The position numbers were made by a program, and so were the translations under genes. DNA of 64,000 nt from Parachlamydiales bacterium. GTDB taxonomy: Bacteria > Chlamydiota > Chlamydiia > Chlamydiales > JAJFMK01. The DNA lies in the NCBI GenBank assembly GCA_963765145.1, contig CAVXVG010000029.1:32001-96000 (forward strand). Reading direction: 5' to 3'. The notes beneath the pieces are model-generated. The model made no database searches. It had not been told where the DNA came from and worked only from the letters and a program-made list of their open reading frames with translations. Shown one piece after another: positions 33,900 to 46,062 of the stretch; positions within the stretch are counted from its first letter, which is position 1; each line of letters opens with the position of its first letter.

Positions 33900-33920
33900 T
33901 TAAACCTCTTGCACAACTAC

Positions 33921-34130
33921 AATTCCTTGCCCTTGCCCTAAAAAATCTTTAATTCCATTTCTTCTTAAACAACAATGCAAAACCCTTTTTGAGCAAAGAG
34001 CTAACTCGATGGGATTTGCCTTTACTCCGCAACGCGTTTGGAAAAAATCTCTTCACATTGGTTAATTATGCAACAAGGGGGTCCAAAGGGTTTTTACCAA
34101 GAAGCTTTTCGGGCAGGGGCAAGGGAAATT
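33921..34130. repeat. Degenerate composite: terminal inverted repeats enclosing A and B end fragments
   Basis: AATTCCTTGCCCTTGCCC/GGGCAGGGGCAAGGGAAATT; CGCAACGCGTTTGGA at 34028; AATTATGCAACAAGG at 34064. Confidence 0.6.
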
Positions 34131-34712
34131 CTAATTAAGAGATAAATCTTCCGGAATCATCGAGATAGTGGCGTACTTGCCGCCCATTTTTCGAAGGAGC
34201 GATTGCCACAGCTTTTCTGCTGCGACGTTAAAAATGGTTTCTTTATCGGATGGCTGCAAAAACCAGTGGCCATCTAAAAATTCCCTTTCAAGCTGACCTG
34301 CTCCCCAACCGGCATAGCCAAAACAAAGGTAAATGTCTGGGCCCTCTTCATCTAAAACGGCCTCTTGCAGAAAGTTTAAATCTCCTCCCAAATATACTCC
34401 GGGACACACTTCAAGAGTTTGTTGAGGGATGGCCTCAGACGTATGGAGCAGCATCATCTGATTGGTTTGCACCGGACCGCCTTGACGAACCTTCACTTTA
34501 GGGTTGGCCATTTCATGAAGGCTGACCACCTCTTCAGGAAGTTGGATATCCAGCGGCTTGTTGATCACAAGACCAAACGAGCCAGTAGGATTGTGTTCAC
34601 AAACAAGCACCACACTACGAAAAAAGAGGCCTGAATCTATTTCAGGAGTCGAAATGAGAAATGCGCCCTTCTCAAGATGGGAGTATGGCAAATTTTGCAT
34701 TAACGGCAACAC
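34131..34712 (-). CDS. YqgE/AlgH (DUF179) family protein
   Basis: [35 protein letters not shown]. Confidence 0.93.
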   Translation of the reverse strand: MLPLMQNLPYSHLEKGAFLISTPEIDSGLFFRSVVLVCEHNPTGSFGLVINKPLDIQLPEEVVSLHEMANPKVKVRQGGPVQTNQMMLLHTSEAIPQQTLEVCPGVYLGGDLNFLQEAVLDEEGPDIYLCFGYAGWGAGQLEREFLDGHWFLQPSDKETIFNVAAEKLWQSLLRKMGGKYATISMIPEDLSLN

Positions 34713-35839
34713 TCCTCTAGGCTTTCCTGAAGCTCAATATTGTAATTCTTGAGCTGTTCGTCCAACCCTTCTACGCGGCGGATTAAGTCTCTAAAGAGGC
34801 AGGCAAACTCATCTAAGTTACAAGGGCATTCATCTAAAACAGACTCTAACCTTGCAAGACCGCAGGCTACAGAATCGACCTCTTCTTCAAAGAAGCTCTT
34901 AAATTCTTCGGGGTCCTTCAAGTCGGCCATCAGGTTAGCCCTTCTTGCACGCAATCTCTGCCACTTTTTGTCATTTTGGTACAAAAGGCCAAAGTGGTTG
35001 ATATCATTAACCAAAGTTTCAGCCTTATGAACAACAGCTTTAACGTTTAGATAAAGATCATCTCTTCCCAAAAGTCGTCCAACAGTTCCTTCACCAGCTT
35101 CCACTCTGATCACAATTTTGTCTAAAAGATCGGTCAAGTGGCTGACTTTTTCAGCTGACTTCACAATGTCTTCTCCGGTCAGCTTTAAGTTCTCTGAAAA
35201 GTTGTGGAGGTTCTCGATCGACTCTTCGATGAGTTCAGGTTGGTCTAAAGCACTGGCAAGCGATTCGAAATGGTCCATACCGGATGCCATATTTTCCCAG
35301 AACTTATTATCATCTAGCTTGTCTAATGCATCAGAGATTTTATTGATCACCCCTTGAGCGGTATTAGACAGACGGCCGATCTGATCAAAGGCTTCTTCCA
35401 CAGATCCGGTAGAGCAAGCAAATAAGACATCGTCAGGCGTTGCTCGAATAAGAATTTGCCCTTCTCTTGGGGCTACAGGGGTTATTTCGATTGATCTTTC
35501 ACCCAAAAGCCCACTTGTTTTAATGGAAAAACGGTCAGTTTTATAAACATCTAAATGGCTATCGACTTTGAGAATGACTTCGTAGATATAAACACGGCCA
35601 TCATGCGTCGACTCGCGCGCATCGGGAATTTCGTTGATCTGGTACACAGAACCGACAGGCTGCCCTGCAAAGTTGACCCGCGTACCGTCATTGATTTTAT
35701 CAAGATTGATAAAACGGACATGAAGGGTGAGACCTTCATCACCAATGGTTGGTTTCAACCATATGATGACGGCAGCCAGTATAATAAGTGTGATCAGGAC
35801 AAATAGCCCAATCGAGAAAGTTTTTGTCGAACCCTGCAT
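34700..35839 (-). CDS. mlaD: MlaD/MCE family protein
   Basis: N-terminal [35 protein letters not shown]. Confidence 0.85.
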   Translation of the reverse strand: MQGSTKTFSIGLFVLITLIILAAVIIWLKPTIGDEGLTLHVRFINLDKINDGTRVNFAGQPVGSVYQINEIPDARESTHDGRVYIYEVILKVDSHLDVYKTDRFSIKTSGLLGERSIEITPVAPREGQILIRATPDDVLFACSTGSVEEAFDQIGRLSNTAQGVINKISDALDKLDDNKFWENMASGMDHFESLASALDQPELIEESIENLHNFSENLKLTGEDIVKSAEKVSHLTDLLDKIVIRVEAGEGTVGRLLGRDDLYLNVKAVVHKAETLVNDINHFGLLYQNDKKWQRLRARRANLMADLKDPEEFKSFFEEEVDSVACGLARLESVLDECPCNLDEFACLFRDLIRRVEGLDEQLKNYNIELQESLEECCR

Positions 35840-35852
35840 ATCTTATCAGTTT

Positions 35853-36647
35853 CTATCGATTTAGTAGGTCTTCTGTCAAGGCTGCTTCTTCAAAGAAGGC
35901 ATGGACCGAAGGCTCTTTGGAATTTATAAAGTTGTGTTTGTCTGCTACAAGTAAAATTTTGCCATCTTGATGAAATGCAAAACGGTCTCCAATCGAGAGG
36001 GCCGATTTGATATCATGCGTCACCACAATGCTTGTAGCTTTTAATTTTTCTTGGATCGTATTGATCAATTGATTGATTTGCGCTGCAGTCACCGGATCCA
36101 AACCTGTTGTAGGCTCATCATAAAGCAGGATCTGGGGCCTGTAAAGGATAAGCCTTGCAAGAGCTGCTCTTTTTCTCATTCCCCCGGAAAGTTCTGAAGG
36201 CATCTTATCCTCAGTCCCCTCAAGCCCCACTAAAGAAAGTGCCTCTTTTACCCGCTCTTCGTAGGCTTCACCTCTCACCCATTCTCCTGTTGCAGGGTCT
36301 GGATTTTCGGTGAGGTAAAACCCGGCATTTCTGCCTACATTCATCGAGTCAAAAAGGGCCGACCCTTGAAAAAGCATCCCCATGTTGCGGGTTAAACGTT
36401 CTCGGAGGGGCCCTTTAGAGTTGATAATGTCTTGTCCTTGAACGAGGATAGTCCCTTTTTCCGGCTTTTCAATACCCAAAATTTGCCGTAAAAGTACGCT
36501 TTTTCCAACGCCCGAGCGGCCTAAAATTACAAGGGTTTCGCCTTTATGTACCTGTAGCGTAAGCCCTTTTAATACTTGTAGGGAACCGTACGATTTCCAA
36601 AGGTCTTTGATGTCGATCAGAACATTGTCATCTTTAGAACCAGGCAT
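35853..36647 (-). CDS. mlaF: MlaF-type ABC ATPase
   Basis: GRSGVGKS, LSGGMRKR, YDEPTTGLDP. Confidence 0.9.
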   Translation of the reverse strand: MPGSKDDNVLIDIKDLWKSYGSLQVLKGLTLQVHKGETLVILGRSGVGKSVLLRQILGIEKPEKGTILVQGQDIINSKGPLRERLTRNMGMLFQGSALFDSMNVGRNAGFYLTENPDPATGEWVRGEAYEERVKEALSLVGLEGTEDKMPSELSGGMRKRAALARLILYRPQILLYDEPTTGLDPVTAAQINQLINTIQEKLKATSIVVTHDIKSALSIGDRFAFHQDGKILLVADKHNFINSKEPSVHAFFEEAALTEDLLNR

Positions 36648-37428
36648 TCCAAACCCTCTTTGATGTAGGTGTAGGATGAATTTAGACCGACCGTCAGGAC
36701 AAAATTTACGATTAAAATGATGCTGTAGCAAACGACTACACTATGGGTGGTTGACCGGCCAACCCCTGCGGCGCCCCCTTTTGTACGGAGACCTTGGAAG
36801 CACGAAACGGTCACAATGATAATACCAAAAACAAGCGCCTTTGTGGTCATCATGATGAAGTCGAAGGCGTGGATGTTGAGAGGAAGAGGATCTAAAAAGA
36901 CATTAGGGGCCATTCCATAGACATGAACTGCCACCATATAACCGCCGATCACACCCGTGAGAGCACTGAACACTGTCAGCAGTGGCAGCATCAATACGCC
37001 GGCTATCATCCGTGGCGCAAGCAAATACCGCATAGGATTGACAGCCATCGAGTTGAGGGCATCCACCTGCTCTGTCACTTTCATTGTGCCAATTTCTGCG
37101 CACATGGCAGAACCGACCCGCCCCGTCACCATGAAGGCAGTAAGGATGGGGCCTGAGTTCTACCATCATGGCTTTGGTCACCATCAAGCCGGTAACTGCC
37201 GCAAGCCCTTTATCGCTCAGCTGGAAAAAAGCTTGGGCTGCCAAAACCATTCCGGTTGAAAAACCGGTGATTGCCACGACAGGCAAAGAGGCCACACCAA
37301 CGATAAAAAGTTTGTCTCTTACAATTGGCCAATGGGGAAATTTTTGAACGGAGGCAACAATCGACACTGATGATGAGCAATACATACTCGCCAACGGCAG
37401 AGACCGTCCTAGAAACCTTATCGAACAT
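36617..37428 (-). CDS. mlaE: MlaE permease, frameshifted
   Basis: GVASLPVVAITG, GRVGSAMCAEIGTMKVTEQVDAL, GGAAGVGRSTT across ORF fragments. Confidence 0.87.
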
Positions 37429-37606
37429 AAAGCTGGATGATAGGGATTTACTCAACTACAAGTCAACCACGCGAATAAACGTGCCCGTGCCTTTGTCAGA
37501 TATTTTTACGAAAAAGCTTTTTTAGTTCGCAACGCGTTTGGAGTGCTAAACTCCTGTTTAGCTTTCACTTATTAGTGAGAGTGAAAGCTAAACAGGAGTT
37601 TAGCAC

Positions 37607-38720
37607 GGCCTTGTTGCACAATTAAGTAAAAAAATTTTAGACCCTCTTACAAGGTCTTTTTCTATCCTAATTTATCTTTTTACCCAAACGCCCTTCGGCA
37701 TTCCTAAACTATTCATTTTATTGATTACTAGGCACTTGCAAAACGCTTCAGTGCGTTGAGTCTCTAATGTGCGTGATTTTAGTTCATCACCCAACATCGT
37801 TTTTACTCGAAACATGGAAGTCTCTACTAATGACCTTTTGTAATACTCAACTTCCTCTTTCCAGGGTCGCCTACCAGTATCTCTATCCCCCAGAGCATGT
37901 ATTCTCGCTATGTCTGTATCTCGATCCTTTACCCATCCTTCTTTGGCTCCCTTAATCCTTGCGTGTCTTGGTGGAGGAATAATGGCTCTGGCCCCTTTTT
38001 GATGTATTTTCTCCCTCACTACATTTGGGTCATAAGCACCATCTCCACGCACGTATCTATTTTCCCTCGGATCTTGTCGAGCATCCTTACTGCTGGCTCT
38101 GCCTCTCCAGTACTATGATCTGTTAATTCGCAAACAACTATATCTTGTGTTTCAGCGTCAATCGCAATATGAAATTTTCTCCAAATACGTCGTTTACTTT
38201 TGCCGTGAGTCCTAACTTTCCATTCTCCCTCTCCATGCACCTTAAGGCCGGTAGAATCTAAAATAATGTGCCTGGCAGGCCCATTACTTAGGCGTTTAAT
38301 GCTCTTATGGAGAGTCTTTGCTCTTCGGCAGATTTGTGAATAACAAGGAATTGTTAGAAATAACCTCATTAGCAAGAATATGGATGCGGCAAAACCTTGC
38401 AGACTTCTCAATGTTAGGTTGAATCGCTCCCTTAAAACCAACAACATCAGGATGGCGTCATCTGAGTATGTCTCCGGTCTTCCAGCAGATTTTGTATGTT
38501 TATGAGACAGCCACTTTCCTAGAGCGTTTTCCTCGATCCAAATAGTTATGCTTCCCCTTTGGATCAGAGCTTTGTTATAATCGGCCCAGTTGCGAATTTG
38601 ATAGTTTGCGCTAGCTTGCATGAAGTAGTTTCCCTTTTTTTAGTCGAAAACAGATTACTTCATGCATTTTTTTTTGACATGCCTTTTAGCAGCGTGTCAG
38701 GGGTATTGTGCAACAACGCC
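37607..38720 (-). mobile_element. IS5 family, IS903-group insertion sequence with 9-bp TSD
   Basis: TIRs GGCCTTGTTGCACAAT/ATTGTGCAACAACGCC; TSD GTTTAGCAC at 37598-37606 and 38721-38729. Confidence 0.92.
37672..38621 (-). CDS. IS5/IS903-type DDE transposase; frameshift near 38050
   Basis: NWADYNKALIQRGSITIW, DSTGLKVHGEGEW, WRKFH, GDGAYD, RSLVETSMFRVK. Confidence 0.93.
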
Positions 38721-38748
38721 GTTTAGCACTCCAAACGCGTTGCGGGAA

Positions 38749-40764
<2,016 letters not shown>

Positions 40765-40790
40765 TTAGGAAGTGTGCACGCTTCCTTAAA

Positions 40791-41060
40791 TCAATCTTCG
40801 TCGTAAATGTCTTTGCGATGATCAATATCTACAATGATGACGATGACTTTACCTTCGTCGATTTTATAAATCACCCGATAGTCTCCCACTCTCAAACGTC
40901 TATAACCCTTTAAACTATATCGCAAAGGTTTCCCGAAATTGACTGGATCAACAGTCAATTTTTTCTCGATCGCTTTTCTAATGACCTCTCTGACTGCTGG
41001 AGGTATTTTCTCATAGTCTTTTTTCTTAGATCCAAGATCGTAAAAGATCTCGTAAGTCAC
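40791..41060 (-). CDS. RelE/StbE toxin
   Basis: GKPLRYSLKGYRRLRVGDYRVIY..IDHRKDIY. Confidence 0.92.
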   Translation of the reverse strand: MTYEIFYDLGSKKKDYEKIPPAVREVIRKAIEKKLTVDPVNFGKPLRYSLKGYRRLRVGDYRVIYKIDEGKVIVIIVDIDHRKDIYDED

Positions 41061-41290
41061 TTCTTGATCTCCCAGTAATCGTTGTGGGAAATTAAGGGGT
41101 TATTTTCCTTCTCTCTTTCTTCAATCTTCTGGATTAAAACCATGTCTTCGTAATCTTCAAGCCAATCATGCACCATTTTTTTAATAAGAGACGACATGCT
41201 CAACTTTTGCTTATTGGATAAAATTTGGATGATTTCTAGATCATCGGCATCTAGCGTTACGTTAATTCTATGTGTTTTTCCGCTACTCAT
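41057..41290 (-). CDS. RHH-type antitoxin (RelB-like)
   Basis: RINVTLD, SMSSLIK, LEDYED; overlaps the toxin start. Confidence 0.8.
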   Translation of the reverse strand: MSSGKTHRINVTLDADDLEIIQILSNKQKLSMSSLIKKMVHDWLEDYEDMVLIQKIEEREKENNPLISHNDYWEIKK

Positions 41291-41442
41291 AATATCTCCC
41301 TTACAACTCTAACTGTATCACATGTGGCACACATCCGTCAACATTGCAATGTATTTTTTTAAATTACGAGAAGTGCTATAATGATAGTTCCTAAGGAGAT
41401 ACATCGATAACAACCCCTATTAGTGGAGCAATAGTTCCCGCC

Positions 41443-42162
41443 TTGCAACGCCTTAGTCAGGCAGTCAAAGCTTCCCCCAGATTAACCCTATTGGTAAGGA
41501 TTTCGGCCCTCTTCGCTGGCGCTATGTTAGGGATACTAGTGGTTCGCTATTTCAATGGCTCGACTAAGCCGGCGGCCTCTCCTCCTTCCAAACAGAGTAA
41601 AGGTAATCACTCGGCTGATTCGGTCTCTCCCACTTCCGAGTTAAGTGATGGTAAGAGCTCGACTAAGACAACTTCCCTCCATACAGAGATAATAAAAAGC
41701 CTAAGCAAACTTCCTCCCAAGCCACGTAAGGATGCGGAATCGACTCCACAGCAGGCAAGACCAAAAGCTGAAAAGTGGGAAGAACCTACTAGCGCAGTTT
41801 GGACTGTAACCGAATTAAAAACCCGCTTTGGTAAGTACATAGAAGGAATCGATGGCGCTTCATTTAAGGTCGTAAGAAGTCCGTCGTCTAACTTACAGGT
41901 GAGGTTTTATTTTGAGACTGAAGAATCTCGTGAGCAATTGATAGAGCGAGTAAATCAATGGCCAACAGATCAACAATGCAAGAAGGTATATGGAAAATTC
42001 ACACCTGAAATGCCTGAGTATGCATGGCAAAAGGGCAGCGAAGAGGGCAAATTTACCTTTACTCTAAACTCAGCACAAACTCAATACATGGCTAAGATAC
42101 AGTGGGGTAAGGACGCTTTCTTTCGGCAATTGATAAATGAATTGTTTACTAGTTTTAACTAA
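41443..42162 (+). CDS. Hypothetical membrane-anchored protein
   Basis: N-terminal hydrophobic helix followed by a Ser/Pro/Lys-rich linker. Confidence 0.6.
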   Translation: MQRLSQAVKASPRLTLLVRISALFAGAMLGILVVRYFNGSTKPAASPPSKQSKGNHSADSVSPTSELSDGKSSTKTTSLHTEIIKSLSKLPPKPRKDAESTPQQARPKAEKWEEPTSAVWTVTELKTRFGKYIEGIDGASFKVVRSPSSNLQVRFYFETEESREQLIERVNQWPTDQQCKKVYGKFTPEMPEYAWQKGSEEGKFTFTLNSAQTQYMAKIQWGKDAFFRQLINELFTSFN

Positions 42163-44264
42163 AATGTGACTTCGAACAGGGAACTGGCTAAGGGCGCAAG
42201 CTCGATGGTCACATGGTGGGTGGTCACTTCGATCACCTTGTTCCCTTTGCCGGTACCGCCGAACCGCTCCTCATCGCTGCAAAGAATGGGGACGCAGGTA
42301 CGGGCATTTCTTAGGGGAATGCTGTAGATCGCATGGGTGTTTGGGGTAAAATTGTGGACAGCCAGCAACACTCTCCCCTTCCCATCTTTTCGTAAAAAAG
42401 AAAGGACACAGTTATGGTGGTCTGAAAAATCGATCCACTCAAAACCTTCCGGAGAACTATCAAAAGACCACAAGGCCTGTTCTCTTAAATAGAGATGGTT
42501 CAGCTCTCTGACGTAGGTTTTCAGAGCATCGTGGTTAGGGAAAGTGGTTAAGAACCATTCCACCTCTTTATTACAATTCCACTCGTTCCATTGCCCAATC
42601 TCGCCTCCCATGAAAAGAAGCTTTTTTCCCGGGTGGGTGATCATATAACCAAACAGCAGTCTTGCATTGGCAAATTGTTGCCACATATCGCCCGGAAACT
42701 TGCCCATCAGGCTGTTTTTTCCATGCACCACCTCGTCGTGAGATAAAACCAGCACATATCGCTCTGAAAAGGCGTATATCATGCTAAAAGTCAGTTCCCC
42801 TTGGTGGTGACTTCTATAAATGGGGTCTTTAGAAAAGTAGCGGAGAGTGTCATTCATCCACCCCATGTTCCATTTGTAATCAAAACCAAGACCGCCGGAG
42901 ATAACGGGGTGGGTTACGCCGGTAAATGCGGTCGATTCCTCTGCTATAGTGATGGCTCCGGGCACTTTTTCATGGATGATGGCATTCATGTGTTTCATGA
43001 ATTCGATTGCCTCTAGATTTTCTTTTCCTCCGTAAGCATTCGCGATCCACTCCCCTTCATTTCGCCCATAATCTAAATAGAGCATCGAAGCAACCGCATC
43101 GACACGCAGCCCGTCGACATGCAGCTCTTTTAACCAAAATAGGGCGCTGGCGATGAGAAAATTACGCACTTCCGGTCGACCAAAGTTAAAAATGTGGGTA
43201 CTCCAATGGGGGTGCCATCCTTGCCTTGGATCTTGGTGCTCGTATAAGGCGGTGCCATCAAAACGACCCAAAGAAAAACTGTCAGAAGGAAAATGGCCCG
43301 GAACCCAATCTAAAATCACCCCAATCCCTAAATTGTGGAGGTGATTGATGAAATATTTGAAGTCATCAAGGTTTCCAAAACGGCTTGTGGGGGCATAATA
43401 ACCGGTGGTTTGGTAACCCCAAGACTCATCTAAAGGGTGTTCCAAAACCGGCATCAGTTCGATGTGGGTAAAACCCATCTCTTGCACATAGCGGCCAAGA
43501 GCATGGGCTGCCTCTCTGTAACCAAGACCTCTTCTCCAAGAACCTAAATGGACTTCGTAGATGTTTAGAGGTTTGTTATGGCTCCCTTCATTTCTCTTCT
43601 GAAGCCAGGCCTGATCGGTAAATTCGAAAGTAGACTCAGTTAAAACAGAGGCCGTCTTTGGACGCTCTTCAAAAGCAAGGGCATACGGGTCGCTTTTAAT
43701 CAAAAGCTCATCGTTTTGCGTCCGAATTTCAAATTTGTAACGCATTCCGGCCTTAAGGCCTGGTACAAATAGCTCCCACACTCCGGAAAAGCCAAGGCTT
43801 CTTAGCGGATTCACCCGACCATCCCAGTGGTTAAAGTCTCCGACAATCGAAACTGCTTTGGCAGAAGGAGCCCAGACAGCAAACCTTGCCCCTTTGACTC
43901 CCATGTGTTCGGTTAATCGCCCTCCCATCACCTCATACAGCTGATAATGAACACCTTGAGAAAATAAATATTGGTCCATCTCTCCAAAACTTGGAGGAAA
44001 CGCATAGGGGTCTTCCGCAAGTAACCCCGAGTGGTGAAACACTTTATAGTCTTGGAAGGTGGGTTGCTTAGGTGTTCGATGGACAAAAAGGCCCGGCTCA
44101 GCTCCTTGTTCTAATTTGGCCCTCTCTCCTTTCCACTCAAACCACAATTCTTGACATTCCGGTCTAAAAATTCTTATTTCCCAATTATCTTTAGAGGGAT
44201 GTACCCCCAAGATATGATGAGGATCATGGAGTTGCGTGGAAATATTTTGAGGCGATAGGGGCAT
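42159..44264 (-). CDS. glgB: 1,4-alpha-glucan branching enzyme
   Basis: FAVWAPSA, YEVHLGSW, DWVPGHFP, GLRVDAVASM, AEEST, LSHDEVVHGK. Confidence 0.97.
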   Translation of the reverse strand: MPLSPQNISTQLHDPHHILGVHPSKDNWEIRIFRPECQELWFEWKGERAKLEQGAEPGLFVHRTPKQPTFQDYKVFHHSGLLAEDPYAFPPSFGEMDQYLFSQGVHYQLYEVMGGRLTEHMGVKGARFAVWAPSAKAVSIVGDFNHWDGRVNPLRSLGFSGVWELFVPGLKAGMRYKFEIRTQNDELLIKSDPYALAFEERPKTASVLTESTFEFTDQAWLQKRNEGSHNKPLNIYEVHLGSWRRGLGYREAAHALGRYVQEMGFTHIELMPVLEHPLDESWGYQTTGYYAPTSRFGNLDDFKYFINHLHNLGIGVILDWVPGHFPSDSFSLGRFDGTALYEHQDPRQGWHPHWSTHIFNFGRPEVRNFLIASALFWLKELHVDGLRVDAVASMLYLDYGRNEGEWIANAYGGKENLEAIEFMKHMNAIIHEKVPGAITIAEESTAFTGVTHPVISGGLGFDYKWNMGWMNDTLRYFSKDPIYRSHHQGELTFSMIYAFSERYVLVLSHDEVVHGKNSLMGKFPGDMWQQFANARLLFGYMITHPGKKLLFMGGEIGQWNEWNCNKEVEWFLTTFPNHDALKTYVRELNHLYLREQALWSFDSSPEGFEWIDFSDHHNCVLSFLRKDGKGRVLLAVHNFTPNTHAIYSIPLRNARTCVPILCSDEERFGGTGKGNKVIEVTTHHVTIELAPLASSLFEVTF

Positions 44265-44332
44265 CTTTACACTTACTGTATAATCACCACTTATAGTACA
44301 ATTTTTTTAAAAATTATAAGGATTATTTTTAG

Positions 44333-45034
44333 ATGTCGCTTTCTTTTCAAATTGCAAACGCCTCCTTTCTCGCTCTTCTCCCTCAGAAAATAGACGATGC
44401 TGCAATTCAACAACTCCTAAAACCTCTAGAAAAATTAGAGGAAGATATTCAGGCTAAGATTGAAAGCATTCAGAATGAGAAAAGCCAACCCTATCACTAT
44501 TCATTGGGTACACGGGTCATGGCTTTTATGGCTCTTAAGTTTGCATGGGGGTATGGCGCCACAAAATATATCATCAATCCCGCTGCTAATGCTGCCTTTG
44601 AATTTACTGCTAAGAAACTATCTGTAAATGCTGCTTCATCTTTGTTCCTTCGCACTATTCCATGGATTGTCTATATTTTTGCTGTACACCAACTGGGCAC
44701 CATTTGCAATGACACCTTCAATTACTTGGTAGGCTCTGCGGTAAAGTCAGACAAAGTCTTTAAAGCGATTAGGATCATCGCTGAATTAGAAAAGATGAAC
44801 GAAGCTCGCTACAGCGTACACAAAATATTGGATACAAAAATACAGCAAACCGAGCAGCTACAAGAAAGCATTGGCCAATCCATTAAAGAAAAGCTTCAAA
44901 CAAAAGATAGTGTAATTACTGAGATTATGTCAAAAACATTAGAATTTCACAAAAAACATGCTGATGAGCATCAATTAGAAGAAGGCCAAGAGAACTACAT
45001 CTATTTCGCGACACTCCAACTCATCTTGGGATAA
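44333..45034 (+). CDS. Hypothetical protein with two hydrophobic segments and coiled coils
   Basis: 233-aa ORF; no motif recognised. Confidence 0.6.
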   Translation: MSLSFQIANASFLALLPQKIDDAAIQQLLKPLEKLEEDIQAKIESIQNEKSQPYHYSLGTRVMAFMALKFAWGYGATKYIINPAANAAFEFTAKKLSVNAASSLFLRTIPWIVYIFAVHQLGTICNDTFNYLVGSAVKSDKVFKAIRIIAELEKMNEARYSVHKILDTKIQQTEQLQESIGQSIKEKLQTKDSVITEIMSKTLEFHKKHADEHQLEEGQENYIYFATLQLILG

Positions 45035-45048
45035 CAAGATAATTTTTT

Positions 45049-45144
45049 CGCGAAGCGTTTGGAGTGCTAAACTCCTGTTTAGCTTTCATTTTCACTGATA
45101 AGTCAAAAGCTAAACGGGCTCAGGAGCACTCCAAACGCTTCGTG
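45049..45144. repeat. Uninterrupted palindrome A with hybrid arms, between convergent genes
   Basis: Left arm GTGCTAAACTCCTG, right arm CGGGCTCAGGAGCAC. Confidence 0.9.
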
Positions 45145-45165
45145 TTAAAAAATCAAAGAGCTCTT

Positions 45166-46062
45166 CTATCTGCGTTCGATTTTGACACGGTCGACGATGT
45201 TTTCTCTGGTATTCACTATGACGTGCTCGGGAGAAATGACGATTTGTTGCTTTCCAAACTTTGAAGCAACGATCGACAAATTAGACTCGGGCCGAATGAT
45301 GCAATCAAACTCTATCATCGAAAACAGATCTGAAATGACACCTTCTCTAGATTGATCCAGAGCTTTCGGAAAGTCAAAAGTCACATTTTTATTTTTCAAA
45401 TTAGCTTGAAATTGGTTGGCTATTTTCCTACCAGCCGGATCATTGCTAAAAATGTAGACATACAAAGGGCGCTTTCCCATCTCTTCATAGACCCATTTCA
45501 ATTGATCGATGTAAAACTGATCGGGTAAAAACTTATAAGGAAATATCTTGTGAATATTAGGGTCGGCATCCTGCCCATAAGGCCTTCGAATATGCAGCGC
45601 AACCGTGACTTGATCTTTTGGCAAAGAAAGGGTTTTGATAGGGATGCGGGGGGCTAAACATGGGCGAACCCACTCGATGAACTGTCGATCATTCCAATCG
45701 ACCAAAATAAAGGGTCTTTCTTTCCAAAAAGGATGGCCTGTCAAATATTCTCCAGGGCATTCGGTCACATAAGGAATTTGATAAATGATGTCTTCTAATT
45801 GATTCAGTTCCGACAAATCTTTGACTGAAATCAGTTTTTTCTTAGCCTCTAAAGGGACTTCTAATTCAGACAGCGCAAATGCATCTGAAAAAAGAAAGGG
45901 GGTGTAGGCAAGAGGTATCCCATATTGATAGGAGATCCATTTAGCATGCAGATAGCTAATCAAGTGATCGCCTAAACGGCCGCCGGCTTGCTCATAGGTC
46001 ACTGTTGGCCCGGAAAAAAGGGCTGTGGAGACAAGAAAGGAAATAAAGATGTTTCGGATCAT
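45166..46062 (-). CDS. GT11-like (alpha-1,2-fucosyltransferase-like) protein with signal peptide
   Basis: GGRLGDHL, VALHIRR, YIFSND, DLFSM..SNLS. Confidence 0.6.
   Translation of the reverse strand: MIRNIFISFLVSTALFSGPTVTYEQAGGRLGDHLISYLHAKWISYQYGIPLAYTPFLFSDAFALSELEVPLEAKKKLISVKDLSELNQLEDIIYQIPYVTECPGEYLTGHPFWKERPFILVDWNDRQFIEWVRPCLAPRIPIKTLSLPKDQVTVALHIRRPYGQDADPNIHKIFPYKFLPDQFYIDQLKWVYEEMGKRPLYVYIFSNDPAGRKIANQFQANLKNKNVTFDFPKALDQSREGVISDLFSMIEFDCIIRPESNLSIVASKFGKQQIVISPEHVIVNTRENIVDRVKIERR

Larger units (their letters stand above)
37528..38744. repeat. Palindrome A variant (CGCAACGCG ends) interrupted by an IS5-family element
   Basis: CGCAACGCGTTTGGAGTGCTAAAC...GTTTAGCAC|IS|GTTTAGCACTCCAAACGCGTTGCG. 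Confidence 0.9.
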
